The notes under the pieces are model-generated. The model saw only the letters and a list, made by a program, of their open reading frames with translations, had not been told where the DNA came from and ran no database searches. Both the position numbers and the translations under genes were made by a program. Of a stretch of 64,000 nt of DNA, positions 30,640 through 43,099 are shown in pieces. Origin of the DNA: the human T2T-CHM13v2.0 reference genome, Homo sapiens; NCBI RefSeq assembly GCF_009914755.1, contig NC_060928.1, one strand, 5' to 3'. How positions within the stretch are numbered: position 1 is the stretch's first letter; the number at the start of each line of letters is the position of its first letter.

Positions 30640-31645
30640 AACCCAGCCCTTTCGCCCGCCCCCCGGCGGCGCACAATGGGCTCTGCGCGGGTATCGAGGG
30701 AGCGGCCAACAGTCCCTGGCCCCACCGCCGTGAAGTGGGGTCCCTTCGCTTCCACATAGGTGGAGACTGAGACAGCCGAGCCTATTTTGATCTCGTTTGG
30801 GTTTCTGTAAGGAGCAGTCAGCAGAGTGAGCAGCGCCCAGACGCGCCCCGGGCCCCCTCTACAACCATTGGGAGAGCGCCCCGGGCTCAAGCGTGGAACG
30901 GGGCTGCAATGGCAACCGCTGGAATAACGGCCTCGGCTCCCGGTGGCTCCTCAAGCCCGCAGGGGAGGCCGGCCGGGCTAGGCACCTAGCTGTCCCCGTG
31001 CTCGTCCGCCCCAGCCCGGGCGCAGCAGGTGGATGCGGCGGTGCTGAAGACACAAAGGGTCCCAGGTGGCACCACCTCCTGCGTCCACCCACGGGGCCGC
31101 CAGAGCCCAGTCAAGACCCTAGCTCGCTGCAGCCCCATCGCCAGACTCAACATCCACCCTCACTTGGCCCCGACCGGTTCAGCCCTCTGGCGGCAAAGTA
31201 ACGGGGTGCCTGGGGGAAGCAGCAACGACTCCGCTTCCTCACCCCAATCTGCGCGCAAAGGGCAGCGGGACAGCGGGAACGCGGCCTGCTGCTCACGCAC
31301 CTCTCTTGCGGCCTGTTTTCGGCAGTGACAGCTCAGATGTCCAAGTCGTTGCCACTTGGTCCCCGCGTCTCTTCAGACCAGTCCCGCCGGCGGCCGCGCA
31401 GCAGCGACTACTAACCGCGCGTGCGCGTGCGGTGGCGGGCGGGAGGCGGTGGCGGCCCGAGGTGTGTGCTACGCGCTCCTGCTCCGAGGGGCTCAACCGC
31501 CTCCAGGGGGAGCCGCACATGGAGCCTGTGCCGCCGCCGGCCGGTTGTGGCCTGGACCCCGCTCCCGGGTTAGCCCAGGAGGAATTCCCCCTGCAAGTCC
31601 GAAGACTTTTCCTCCTCTGAGCTCCCGCCCTCTCTGCAGACCGTG
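30640..31645. promoter_or_regulatory. CpG island / CLGN promoter
   Basis: Abrupt GC- and CpG-rich block in an AT-rich background, spanning exon 1; GC boxes (GGCGGG, 31434-31450), NRF1-like GCGCGTGCGC (about 31417-31426), TTGCGCAA and inverted CCAAT at 31656-31670; no TATA box seen. Confidence 0.9.
31301..31425 (-). other. CLGN: CLGN non-coding exon 1 (5' end approximate)
   Basis: Lies within the CpG island; ends ...GCCGCAAGAGAG|GTGCGT donor (GT at 31300-31299); no ATG seen in the exon on the minus strand; joins the exon 2 leader ATAATCAAT-ATG. The TSS position is estimated. Confidence 0.75.
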
Positions 31646-33354
31646 CTACCTCCTGTTGCGCAATGATTGGGTCCTGAATTTTATGTAAATCATATTTATG
31701 AACAACGTCCAGTAATAAGTGCAGCAAGATTAGGGCTCTAGGTTTTCTCCAGAGTTCTAGATGTTAACAGATCTGCAGTCATGGTGATTAATAAGGAGCT
31801 TTCCTGTCTGGTGTGTGTATATGACAAATACAGATGCGTTAAGTGTTAATAAATACATTGTATATAAAACAATATGTTCTTTTTCTCTCGAACAACACTA
31901 TTAATAAGAGCTGCTAACATTTATTGTGTTCATTGTGCTCTAAGGGGCTTACATTCATTGTTTAACCTTCGTGGCAACCCAGGTGATGAAACTGATGGCA
32001 ACTTGCTCGAAGTTACACAACATGTAAACAGTGGAAACGGGATGTAAATCAGGCCTGTCTCTCTCAGAGCCTGTAGTTTCAAACACATTGAAATAAATCT
32101 TAGCATAAACGTAGTTTATGCTATGATTATGCAATCACAAGCTGCTTTGCCTTTTATATATTGGATCAATATTAATTTTACTACTTAATATTTTATAGTA
32201 AATCTTGACTTTGAATTTGGTATAACAATTTAATTTTATTGGAAGATTAATTAACAACATTTAATTGACTTGTGAGTCTAAGACCCTTGTTGAAGAGTTT
32301 CAATCTTAAGGGTTTGGTGGCATTCCGTGCACAACGTATCATTATTGGCTAGGGGTCAAGATCACTGAGTTTTTTCACATTGCTTCACTAATTAAGACCA
32401 GCATTTCTAAACTTTTGACTTTGTCATCTCTGGGAGAGTGTTTGGATAGTGTTAAAATTTACTGGTTAAAAAGACATTTTGTTTGAGATACTTTGTAACA
32501 ATATTATACCCTTTATTTCTTTCTTCCGTCCTTCTGACTTCTATTATTCAACATACTTCTGTGGCCCATAACAAATACACTTGAACTGCTAGAGAGGGAT
32601 TTTTTAAAGGATCCATTCAAAGTTTGCAGTGAGGAAGCTGAAAACTAAAAATGTAAGAATAGTGAATTTTTGCAAGATTTAGTAGTATCTTCTTGGTCAC
32701 ATAGTACTCAAAACCTTGAGAACATTTTTTTACTCTTTGGCTGCTACATTCACTGCCTCCATAAATTAAACTCTAACTCCATAAAATCATCTAAAAGAGG
32801 TCCTCACCCCCTCCAGTCCCTGTGCCATTTCTCTAGTTTAGATTCTCACTACTTTAGAAACTGTTGTTCAGAGTTACCTAACTAGTTGCCCCCCTTCAGA
32901 GCCTCCCACCTACACTTCGTAGTTTAATCCTCAGCTCATTCAATAGTTTCCAATGACCCTTCATTACCCACAGCATGAAATCTAATCTCTAACCTTGAAA
33001 TTTAAGGCCTTAACATATCTCCAAAATTATTTGCCACTTATTGAAAGGATGATTGAATATAATATTTATAATTTGTTTAATAGGCAACTTTTCATCAGAA
33101 TAATACAATGTGATAATGTCAGAGGAGAAAGAATAATCTGCAAATAAGACAAGGGGTATGGCTTTTGAGAGTGATGTAGTGTTTAATAATACAAGCGGAG
33201 GAGTCCCAGAATGTAATGCTGAATGGTAGAGTCGTGAAGTGTTCTGACACATCAAAGTTGAAGAGAGATTTGGGAAGAGACCAAGGCAATGTAATCAAGA
33301 TTGGAGGGACTAGAGTAATCAGAAATCTAGAAAAACATAAAAAGCAGGAAAGGT

Positions 33355-33646
33355 GACCTGGCATGGTGGCTCATGCATGTAATCCCAGCTCTTTGAGAGG
33401 CTGAGGCAGGTAGATCACTTGAGCCGAGCTGCCTGAGACCAGCCTGGGAAACATGATGAAACCCCATCTCTACAAAAAAATACAAAAAATTTAACTGGGC
33501 ATGGTGGTGCATGCCTGTAGTCCTAGCTACCTGGGAAGCTGAGGTGGGAGGAAGCTGAGGTGGGATGAGCCCAGGAGGCAGAGGTTGCAGTGAGCCCAGA
33601 TAGTGCCACTGCACTCCAGCTTGGATGGCAGAGTGAGACATTGTGT

Positions 33647-33679
<33 letters not shown>
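33355..33679 (+). mobile_element. AluJ-type SINE
   Basis: Alu with long A tail; internal gaagctgaggtggga duplication; near-TSD aaagcag(g)aaaggt. Confidence 0.88.
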
Positions 33680-33680
<1 letters not shown>

Positions 33681-34543
33681 CAGAAAGGTTCATGCTCCTT
33701 GATGGAACAGAGTGATGTCCTGTTGGAAGCCTGTTTTGTAATCAAAATCAGAGCTGTGTTTTATTAATGTTCTACTATGTGCAAGTTGCTATATGCAATT
33801 GACCCACAGGTATCATCCTTATTTTACTTATGAGGAAATAGACCCAGATCAGTTACATAACTTATTCACACAGATCTTAAGATGCAGAGTGAGGATTCAA
33901 AGCCTGTGCCCTTTCCACAACACCTTGCCACTTGAAAAATGCAGAATATAGGAAATGCCTCGATTATCAGGATTAAAGAGCTATGCAGAATGAAGTTTTA
34001 ACTCAAATACAATGAGTGGACTCAGAACCTAGATAATTCAAATAATACTTTAAAAATGTTTGTATATTTTCATATGTTTAGGAATGTGCTTTTTAATGGT
34101 GCAGAAAATAGAGAAAAGGAAACAAAGTATTCCACAAGTATTTCCAGTGGGTTGACTTTTATTTTCAAGATGTATAATTATGTCTATGGCAGAAAATGAT
34201 CTTTTCTTTCTTATATTTATACTTATTTTCTGAGGTTTTTTTCCTTATTACTTTAACAAAAATATCAAACAATAGTAAATAATAGTAATGACAATAGTCA
34301 TCATTGTTTTTCCCAGAATTCGTCTGGTTAAACTATATAGTTGGCAGAATGAGCCCATGCTGAGTTTTTTTCTTGTGTCTCAAGATAACCCCCCTCAGAA
34401 ACACTACCCGACTTTAGGATTTATAGAATGATATACAGCTATAGTTATCAAAGAGTTATCAAAGAGTATTAGTATCAAGGCAAACAAATCAATGGAACAG
34501 AATAGATTCTATATAGACTTACATGTGTATGTATTATGGCCTG

Positions 34544-34959
34544 GATATGGTTGGTTTGTCCCAACCAAAACTCATGTTGAAATTTGGTCCCCAGTGTGGC
34601 AGTGCTGGAAAGTGGGGCCTAATGGGAGGTATTTGGGTCATGAAGGTCCTGTCCTCGTAGGTGGCTTGATGCCATTGCAGTAGTGAGTGAGTTCTTGCTC
34701 TGACGAGACTGGATTCATTCCCATGAGAATGGGTTGTTATAAAGCTGGGTGCCCCTCAGGTTTTCCCTCTTTGCATGCGTCTGCTTCCCCTTTGACCTTC
34801 TCTGCCATCTTTTGGCCTAGCACAAAAGCCTCACCACAAGCCAGAGCCATGTCCTTGAACTTCCCAGCTAGCCAGACTGTGAGTTAAATAAATCTCTTTT
34901 CTTTATAAATTACCCATTCCCAGGTGTTCTGTTATAGCAACACAAAACAGAATAAGACA
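34544..34959 (+). mobile_element. MST-family MaLR solo LTR
   Basis: gatatggttggtttgtccc...ataaattaccca...gttatagcaacacaaaac...taagaca. Confidence 0.82.
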
Positions 34960-35104
34960 GTGTGGGGAACTGGTTTTCAACATAGGTACACATGCAGTTG
35001 GTAGAGAAAGCCTAGTCTTTTCAACAAATTGTGGTGGTACAATTGAATATTCACATGTAATAAGTACATTTTTCAATCCATACCACACAGCATATATAAA
35101 AAAA

Positions 35105-36719
35105 GAGACTGGCTGCATTTTGCCCCGTCTTAGATATTTGTGGAACTTTGAACTTGAGGGAGATGATTTAGGATATATGGTGTAAAAAATTTCTAAGCAG
35201 CAAAGCACTCAAGAGGTGACTTGGGTGCTATTAGAGGCACTCCGTTTTAAAAGGGAAACAGAAAATAAAAGGTTTGAAAATTTGCAGCCTGACAATGTGA
35301 TAGAAATGAAAATCTCCACTGCAGAAATTTTCATAAGTAACAAGAAGCCAAATGTTAATCCACACGACAATGGGAAAATGTCTCCACGGCATGTCAGAGG
35401 TCTTCATGTCAGCCACTCTCATCACAGGTCCAGAGACCTAGGAGGAAAAGACAGTTTTGTGGGCTGGGCCCAGGGCTCCTCTGCTCTGTGCAGCCTAGGG
35501 ACTTGGTACTCTGTGTTCCAGCTGCTCCAGCCATGGCTAAAAGGGGTCAACGTACAGCTCAGGCTGCTGCTTCAGAGGGTGGAAGCCCCAAGCCTTGGCA
35601 GCTTCCAGGTGGTGAGCCTGTGGGTACCCAGAAGTTGAGAATTAAGGTTTAGGAACCTCTACCTAGATTTCATAGGATGTATGGAAACGCCTGGATGCCC
35701 AGGTGGAAGTTTGCTGCAGGGGCGGGGGTCTCATGGAGAAGCTCTGCTAGGGCAGTGCTGAAGGGAAATGTGGGGTCAGAGCCCCCCACACAGAGTCCTT
35801 GTGGGGCACCACCTAGTGGAACTGTCAGAAGAGGGCCACCATCCTCCAGACCCCAGAATGGTAGATCCACTGACAGCTTGCGCTGTGCACCAGGAAAAGC
35901 TGCAGACACTCAACACCAGCCTGTGAAAGCAACTGGGAGAGAGGCTATACTTTGCAAAGCCACAGGGGTGCAGCTGCCCAAGACCGTGGGAACCTACCTC
36001 TTGCATCAGCGTGACCTGGATGTGAGACATGGAGTCAAAGGAGAGCTTTAAGATTTGACTGCCCTGCTGGATTTCAGACTTGCATGGGGCTTGTAGCCCC
36101 TTTGTTTTGGCCAATTTCTCCCATTTGTAGTGGCTGTATTTACCCAATGCCTGTACTCCCATTGTATCTAGGAAGTAACTAACTTGCTTTTGATTTTACA
36201 GGCTCATAGGTGGAAGGGACTTGCCTTGTCTCAGATGAGACTTTGGACTGCAGACTTTTGAGTTAATGTTGAAATGAGTTAAGACTTTGAGGGACTATTG
36301 GAAAGGGATGATTGGTTTTGAAATGTGAGGACATCAGATTTTGGAGGGGACAGGGCAGAATGATATGGTTTGGCTGTGTCCCCACCTAAATCTCATCTTG
36401 AATTGTAACTCCCACAGTTCCCAAGTCTCATGGGAGGAACCTGGTGGGAGATAATTGAATCATGGGGGTGGGTCTTTCCCATGCTGTTCTTGTGATAGTG
36501 AATAACTCTCATGAGATCTGATGGTTTAAAAAAAACAGGAATTTTCCTGCACAAGCTCTCTTCTCTTGTCTGCCACCATGTGAGGTGTGACTTTAACCTT
36601 CTGCCATGATTTTGAGATCTCTCCAGCGATGTGGAACTGTAAGTCCATTAAACCTCTTTCTATTGTAAATTGCCCAGTCTTAGGTATGTCTTTATCAGCA
36701 GCATGAAAATGGACTAATA
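35105..36719 (+). mobile_element. THE1 MaLR: partial internal sequence (35105-36360) plus 3' LTR (36361-36719)
   Basis: THE1-int sequence, purine tract ggaggggacagggcagaa, then LTR TGATATGGTTTGGCTGTGTCCCCAC...GGACTAATA; 5' LTR missing. Confidence 0.88.
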
Positions 36720-36789
36720 AATATATAAATCAGTGGGGCCATCTGGCTCTACATTTGGGGTGGAAAGATTTAGAGTTGGATTTTCTACC

Positions 36790-36793
<4 letters not shown>

Positions 36794-36820
<27 letters not shown>
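36794..36820. repeat. (AC)n microsatellite
   Basis: Perfect AC run. Confidence 0.9.
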
Positions 36821-36824
<4 letters not shown>

Positions 36825-37176
36825 TTTTAATGGAAATAGAGACCTAAACTTTAAAAATTATAGAAGTTTTATAATATAATATATGGGACTATATGCTTGA
36901 TGTGGGTAGGTAGGTTGTTTTAAACAATACGAAAAGTGAAAAAGTCATAAAAGAAATTATTAATATATTTGGCTATCTCAAAGTTGAAAATTTTGTATGT
37001 CAAAAGACAATACAAAATAAGTTTAAGACAAAAGACTTTCTGAGAAAAGTAATTTTAGCCTATGACAAACTATTAATATTTAGTTTAGGAGTTTAATTAG
37101 GTTCCTGTATGTGTTTTAAGAACCTCATATTTAAATGAAGAAGAAGAAGACAAATAGCTCATTAAAAAAATCAGGA

Positions 37177-37493
<317 letters not shown>

Positions 37494-38388
37494 CTAAGAC
37501 TATAACAAAATACTGCTTTCACTAGACTGGCAACAATTTCAAAGCTCACTAATAGCAAAGGGCAAGACTTGGGAAAACTGCTGCTTTCAAACACTACTCT
37601 TGGGGATATATGTTGATATGGCTATTTCTGGTGGCAATTTGGCAGTATCTGTTAAAATAAAAAATATTCATACCTTTTGAGTCAGCAGTACCACTACTGA
37701 TTATTTAAACTAGGAAAAAGACTCTATGCTCAAGTAGGCACCCAGAAGAATGTACATTGAAACACTGTTGTAACACTGAAAAAAATATTTAAATAGTAAT
37801 GGATCAATTTCTGCATCAGAGGAGGAAATGCTAAATAAATTATGCTCTATTCATATTTTAGAATATTGTGTTGATGTTAAAAAGAAAGAATTAGATCCAT
37901 GTTGGTGACACAGAAAAAATTAAGTAACAAATATTGAGTGAAAAATCAACTGGCATTTTAACCAAAGGCTTTTAAAAATCCAAAGCAATACCATATATTC
38001 TAATAAGTACATATGTATGTAAATGCATAGGAAAATATACAGTAGTATTCACGCCAAATTGAAATCAGAAATAATTTCTGGGAAAAGGACTGGGATTTTG
38101 GTTGGTTGTCAGGTAGAACTTTTGCCTGGTTGGTAATAGTTTTTTTTAATAACAAAGATGTATTTATGCATTAATTGTACAATTAAATAAATAACATTAA
38201 AAATTATCATAGTATAATACTGTTCTTTGTGTGAAATGAATTTCCTGTTTTTATTTTTCAGTAGTTTTTAATAGTTAGAAATGAATGTTGAATTCCAGTA
38301 CATGCCTTTTCAACCCATGTTGAGATTATTAATACATAAATTTCCTGAATATGAAACAATCTTGCATTTGGGGAATAAAGACAACTTC

Positions 38389-38708
38389 AATGGTCTGAAT
38401 GTTTATGTTGCTTCAAAATTCATATGTTGAAATCCTAACCCCCACAGTCTGGTATTAGGAGGCCGGGACTATAGGGGGTGATAAAGTCATAAGGGTAAGG
38501 CCCCAGGAACTCTCTGCCCCTGTCATCATGTGAAGACACAGTGAGAAGGTGCCATCTTTGAGGAGGCAATCCCTCACCAGACACCAAATCTACCAGCACC
38601 TTGATCTTGAACATCCCAGCCTCCAGAACTGTGAGAAATAAATTTCTGTAGTTTAGAAGCCACCTAGTCTACGCCATTTTGTTATAGCAGCCAAAAAGAA
38701 TAAGACAC
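38389..38708 (+). mobile_element. MLT1A/B-like MaLR solo LTR
   Basis: tggtctgaatgtttatg...aaattcatatgttgaaatcctaaccccc...ttttgttatagcagcc...taagaca. Confidence 0.8.
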
Positions 38709-39189
38709 TAACCTTTTCATAACTGATTATTCCATTATTTTGTTTCTCAGTTCTATTTATGAAGTTTCTTTAGCCTTTTTACATATGTATGCATAATTGA
38801 GATAGTCTATAATTTTTCTTGCCTGAATCTGATAACAGAATTAAGTTTATTTTATACAATGAATTAGGAAGTTTTAAGAATTCTCTCATGCCCTGGAATC
38901 ATTTATATAGTATGAAATTTTATATTGTTTTTTGAGATTTTGAAAAGTTTATTATAACTTTATGGGCATTAATGTTTTGGTGGATTGGTTCATTGAATTT
39001 TCCTGAGTTATTATTCATTTACTCAGATTTTCCACTTTCTGCTATATAATTTTAAATATTTTTTCCAGAAAACCATTCATTCAATGAGATATTCAAAGTT
39101 ACTGGACGCACGTTTGTACTAAGGGAAGGCTGTTTTCTTGAGGAAGGAGCTTACAGCATCAATAGTCATGTATATTATGATTCTTTCCC

Positions 39190-42100
39190 CAAATTTTCCC
39201 CAGAGCAACCAGGGTGACTATGCACTAGCTGAAGGGAAATATCCAGACCTTCTAGAGTTTTTAAAGTACTGTTTCTGAACTGACACTAATTCCTAAAGAC
39301 TCCAAGCACCGTCATGTACTTATGTTCAGATTGTGAATTTATGGAGGTCACATGCTAGATGGAGTCTTGGCCTAAGTCCCTATGCCAAAGGAGTCCAGTG
39401 AAGTCACAGCCCCCTACCTGTAGTATTTCTCTAGTTCCAGAATATGTAATAGGGCTAAATATATGCAGTAACTAACAGAATCCCCCGTGTTTGTTCCCTG
39501 CTCCATGGAGTGAGGGCTATGACAAGATATCACCTCGTGAGAAACAAGTTGCTGTACCCTGGGCCACCCCCCAAAAAGAAAGAGACACAACACCTGGCAG
39601 GCCTACTCAGATTTGGGATATAACATACACCACATTTGGACAGATTGCTAGGACACATTTCCTGGGTATCTGTAAAACTTCCATATTTGAGTGGGGCCTG
39701 TAACTTGCCACAGGTTCAGACTACAGAAAGAGTGTCCCTGTACTTGGGCCTTATGACTCAGGAGATTCAGTGGCATTAGAAGTGTCAATGGCTGATAAAG
39801 ACATGGTGAGGAATTTCTGTTAAGTTCTAATAAGAGGATCACAGAACATACCACTAGGATTTTGCAGTAAGAGATGCTCTCTTCTGCTGACAACAATTCT
39901 CCACTTGAAAAGCAACTCCTGGTGTACTACTGGATCTTCATAAACACTGAATGCCTGCCCATAAGACATGAAGTGACCTGAATTGAGGTAATCTGATTCA
40001 CCAAGTCACAAAATTGGACAGATGTGATCATGTGTAGGAAGCATAACAAAACTGCATATGCTGATGGCTCAGATTCACACGGTTCCTTATTGTTTCTCTC
40101 TCACTCTGCATCTATGGCCTGATGAAGAGGCCTCTATGACCAGTTAACAATGAAGGAAAAAGTACCACCTGGTTTCTGGATGGATCTGCCCTGCTATATT
40201 TGTAGCAGTGAGAAGTGGACAGTTGCTACATTACAGCCCCACTCAGGGAAGTCCTAGAAAAGCAGGGGTGAGCTGAAATCATTCCAGTGGGCAGAATTTC
40301 TGGTTGTCCACTCATGTGGAAAGAAAGATAGCCTTAATATAGATCTTCATAATATGTGGACTAGCAGATAGGCTAGCTGACCCGGGATGTAGAAAGAACA
40401 AGAATGACATGCTGATCGCGAGGCAGGTTGTAAGAGAGGTTTGTGGATGGGTTTCTTGGAGTGGGCACAGAGTGTGAAGATATGTATGTTCCACATAAAG
40501 CCCCCCTACAGGTATCCACTGCAGAGGAGGTTCTCAAAATCCAGATGGATAAGAATATCCACGTCAGCCCCCTTTTCTGGCCAAAAATGCAAGCTCAAAG
40601 GCCCCATATACAAAGTGGTCATGGAGGCAGGTGTTGAGGCCATGCATGGATTTAATAAAATGGGCTTTAATTCATGAGGGTGATCTAGCTACCAGTGTAA
40701 CTGAATTCTCAATCTGTCAACAGCAGAGGCCAGTGTGGAAGTCTTGCTGGAATTATCTTTTATGGGGATCAGGCAGATGTCTAGCAGTATTTTGAGGATC
40801 TGGAATGCTTTCATGATGGAAAAAGCAGCTATTTGTCCTCAGAGGAGAAATACACATTCTGGTTGTGGATTTGTCTATTCCCTTTCTGCCAGAGCTACCA
40901 TTTATGAACTTACAGAATATCTCATCCATTGCCATGGTAGCCCACACAATACGGCTTCCAACAAGAAATACATATTATGAGAAGGAAGTGCAATAATGGT
41001 CTTACCCCCATGGATTCACTAGTCTGACTATGTACCACATCACCCAAAAGAAGTTGCCTTGTTAGAGTGATGGAATGGCTTTTGGAAGACTCAGTTGTAG
41101 CTCCTCGTGAAAATAACATCTGGGAGATTGGGGTGCTGATCTACTGGATTTACTATGTCTTAATCTGGTGACCAATGTAGGAAACAAGGGTGAGGGGGAA
41201 GTGGCCACTCTCATTACAACAAATCCTCTCCTGAACACAATTTTTGTTCTTATCCTCAAGACTTTCAGTTCAATGGGTTTGAATGTCCCAGTGCCCCAGG
41301 GAGGAATGCTTTGAGGAGGGAACAATCATAGTTCCATTAAATTAGAATGTGTGGCTGTTTCTTAACAGTCTGTACTGCTTAACCAGTAGGCAGGAAAGGT
41401 TAGTATACAGTGTGATTGATCTTGATTACCAAGGAGAAAATAGGTTTCTGTTACAAAATGGGGGCAATAGAGAACTGTATCTAAAACCTAGCACTTCTTA
41501 GTAAGTCCTTACTCAACTGTATTGATCAATGGAAGATACATCCACCAAGGACCCAAATTCTACAGGAAGAAAAGTTGAGTCACACCAATTTTCATACAAC
41601 CCCTTCCATTCAACTATCAGGAGAGGGTAAGAGGACCATAAAAGAATTATCAAAGAAGGAAGTTTGAAAATCAACCCAGGACTCATCACAAACCTCAGAA
41701 TGGGTCTCGTGATCTGTTTCCTTTGGCTTCCTTTTTTTCCTTTGCTACTTATGTGGAAGCACAGGTGGTAGCTAAGATTTTAGGTTTCAGGTAAGAGTAT
41801 AACTGACTTGGCATCACCTCATAATGATATGTTACTGGGGATTTTGTGTGAATACATTTTTCACCAAGGCAAGATATATGAACAAGAATATATGCTAACA
41901 AAGGGGGTGAAATATGCTAAATATTTTCTGTTTGCCCCACTAGATGTAGTCTCTATCCTCTTCCACTTTGCTCTGTGACCCATGCAGGTGGCCTTTATGG
42001 ATGGCATTAATGGTTTCTGTGGGGTCAGCCAATGAAAGGCATTGACAAGAAACTGGAGGAAGGAAAGATGAAGCTTTCCACTAGGCTTCCTCTCTAGTGG

Positions 42101-42285
42101 TAAGTACAACAATGCCATCACATACGGTTCTTCTCATTGAAGACCAGTTACAAGGCTTTTTAAAATACCACTAGATCTAATGTAATTGGCACACAGAGGT
42201 AAAAGCAAGCATCAAGAAAAAGCTTTTCCCTAAGAAACTTTCATGAGGACATTTTTGCCTTTTACACTGAGACCCTGCTTTACTT
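39190..42285 (+). mobile_element. Decayed ERVL-class provirus (pro-pol-IN remnants) with an LTR33-like 3' LTR (about 41915-42285)
   Basis: Degenerate ERVL peptides: protease region (..T.SELTLIP.D, about 39270), PLGFCSK...SADN.SPLEKQLL..YW.L (about 39850-39935), integrase HG.PHNTAS and VPHHP...W NG..KTQL (about 40930-41095); purine tract AAAGGGGGTGAA then TTCTGTTTGCCCC. Confidence 0.75.
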
Positions 42286-42584
42286 TCTGCTTCCCTCCGC
42301 TCCTCACCTTCCTTGTTTGCGGCTATCATTAAATCAGCCAAGTCCTACTCTTGCTTCTAGTCTTAGTGTTTTAGCTCAGAAAGTGAGCTAAACAGGTTGT
42401 TAACCTGACCCATTGATGTGAAAATATGTAAAACTCCAAGTTTCTGATATGTGTTTAATTCTTATTCTCAATTTGGAATGTTGTTTCAGGGGGTACCTAG
42501 TTATCTATTTTAATGAATATATTAATAAGAATTCAGAGTGGAAGGCTCATGTGCTTTTATTCACTTCTTACTAGAAGTCTTAAC

Positions 42585-43070
42585 AAACATTTATTGAGCA
42601 TCTTCTGTGTCCTAGGCAGTGTGCAAAAATTTTGACTGACAAACACGTGGTTCCTGCTTTCAAATAGCTAATAATGTAGTTAGGGAAATAGACATATAAC
42701 CAAATATCTATAATATATGAGAAATTATATAATAGTAGCATAGACAAAATGCTATGGGAGCATAAAGTATGTTGTTACTCATTCTTCCTAAATGAAAGCT
42801 TCATCAAAGAAGTGACATTAGAACTGTGTGACAAAGGCAGAGGAAATGGATATTCTGGCTATCATGGTCACAGCATGAGATATCCGGAGAATGGAAACTA
42901 GTCCATTTTAGTTAGATGTAGAGTGCATGAAAGTAAATGTCAGAAAATGATTCAGGAATAGTACATTGGGGCCAGTTTATTAAGGAGCTTGAATGTCATG
43001 GCAGATAATTAAACTTTATTCTTCAGATAGAACCATCAGATTATTTTAAACAGCAGAGTGACAGGATTAA
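42585..43070 (-). mobile_element. L2 LINE fragment
   Basis: aacaaacatttattgagcatct.ctgtgtcctaggca L2 3' end motif. Confidence 0.65.
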
Positions 43071-43099
43071 CCCTAAATTTCGGGAAAATATTTAGTTGC

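Noticed and set aside
30621-31727. Several overlapping 77-144 aa ORFs in the CpG island
   Set aside because: Stop-poor GC-rich sequence on both strands, with no recognisable domain; explained by base composition.
35216-36162. 124-140 aa ORFs as a novel gene
   Set aside because: They lie in THE1 internal sequence and are fragments of the degenerate MaLR ORF.
35092-36729. atatataaa on both sides of the truncated THE1 as a target-site duplication
   Set aside because: Low-complexity AT-rich match, and MaLR TSDs are 5 bp; later deletion of the 5' LTR is the simpler explanation.
42370-42392. Inverted repeat tttagctca-gaaag-tgagctaaa
   Set aside because: Short AT-rich palindrome within chance expectation, with no supporting context.
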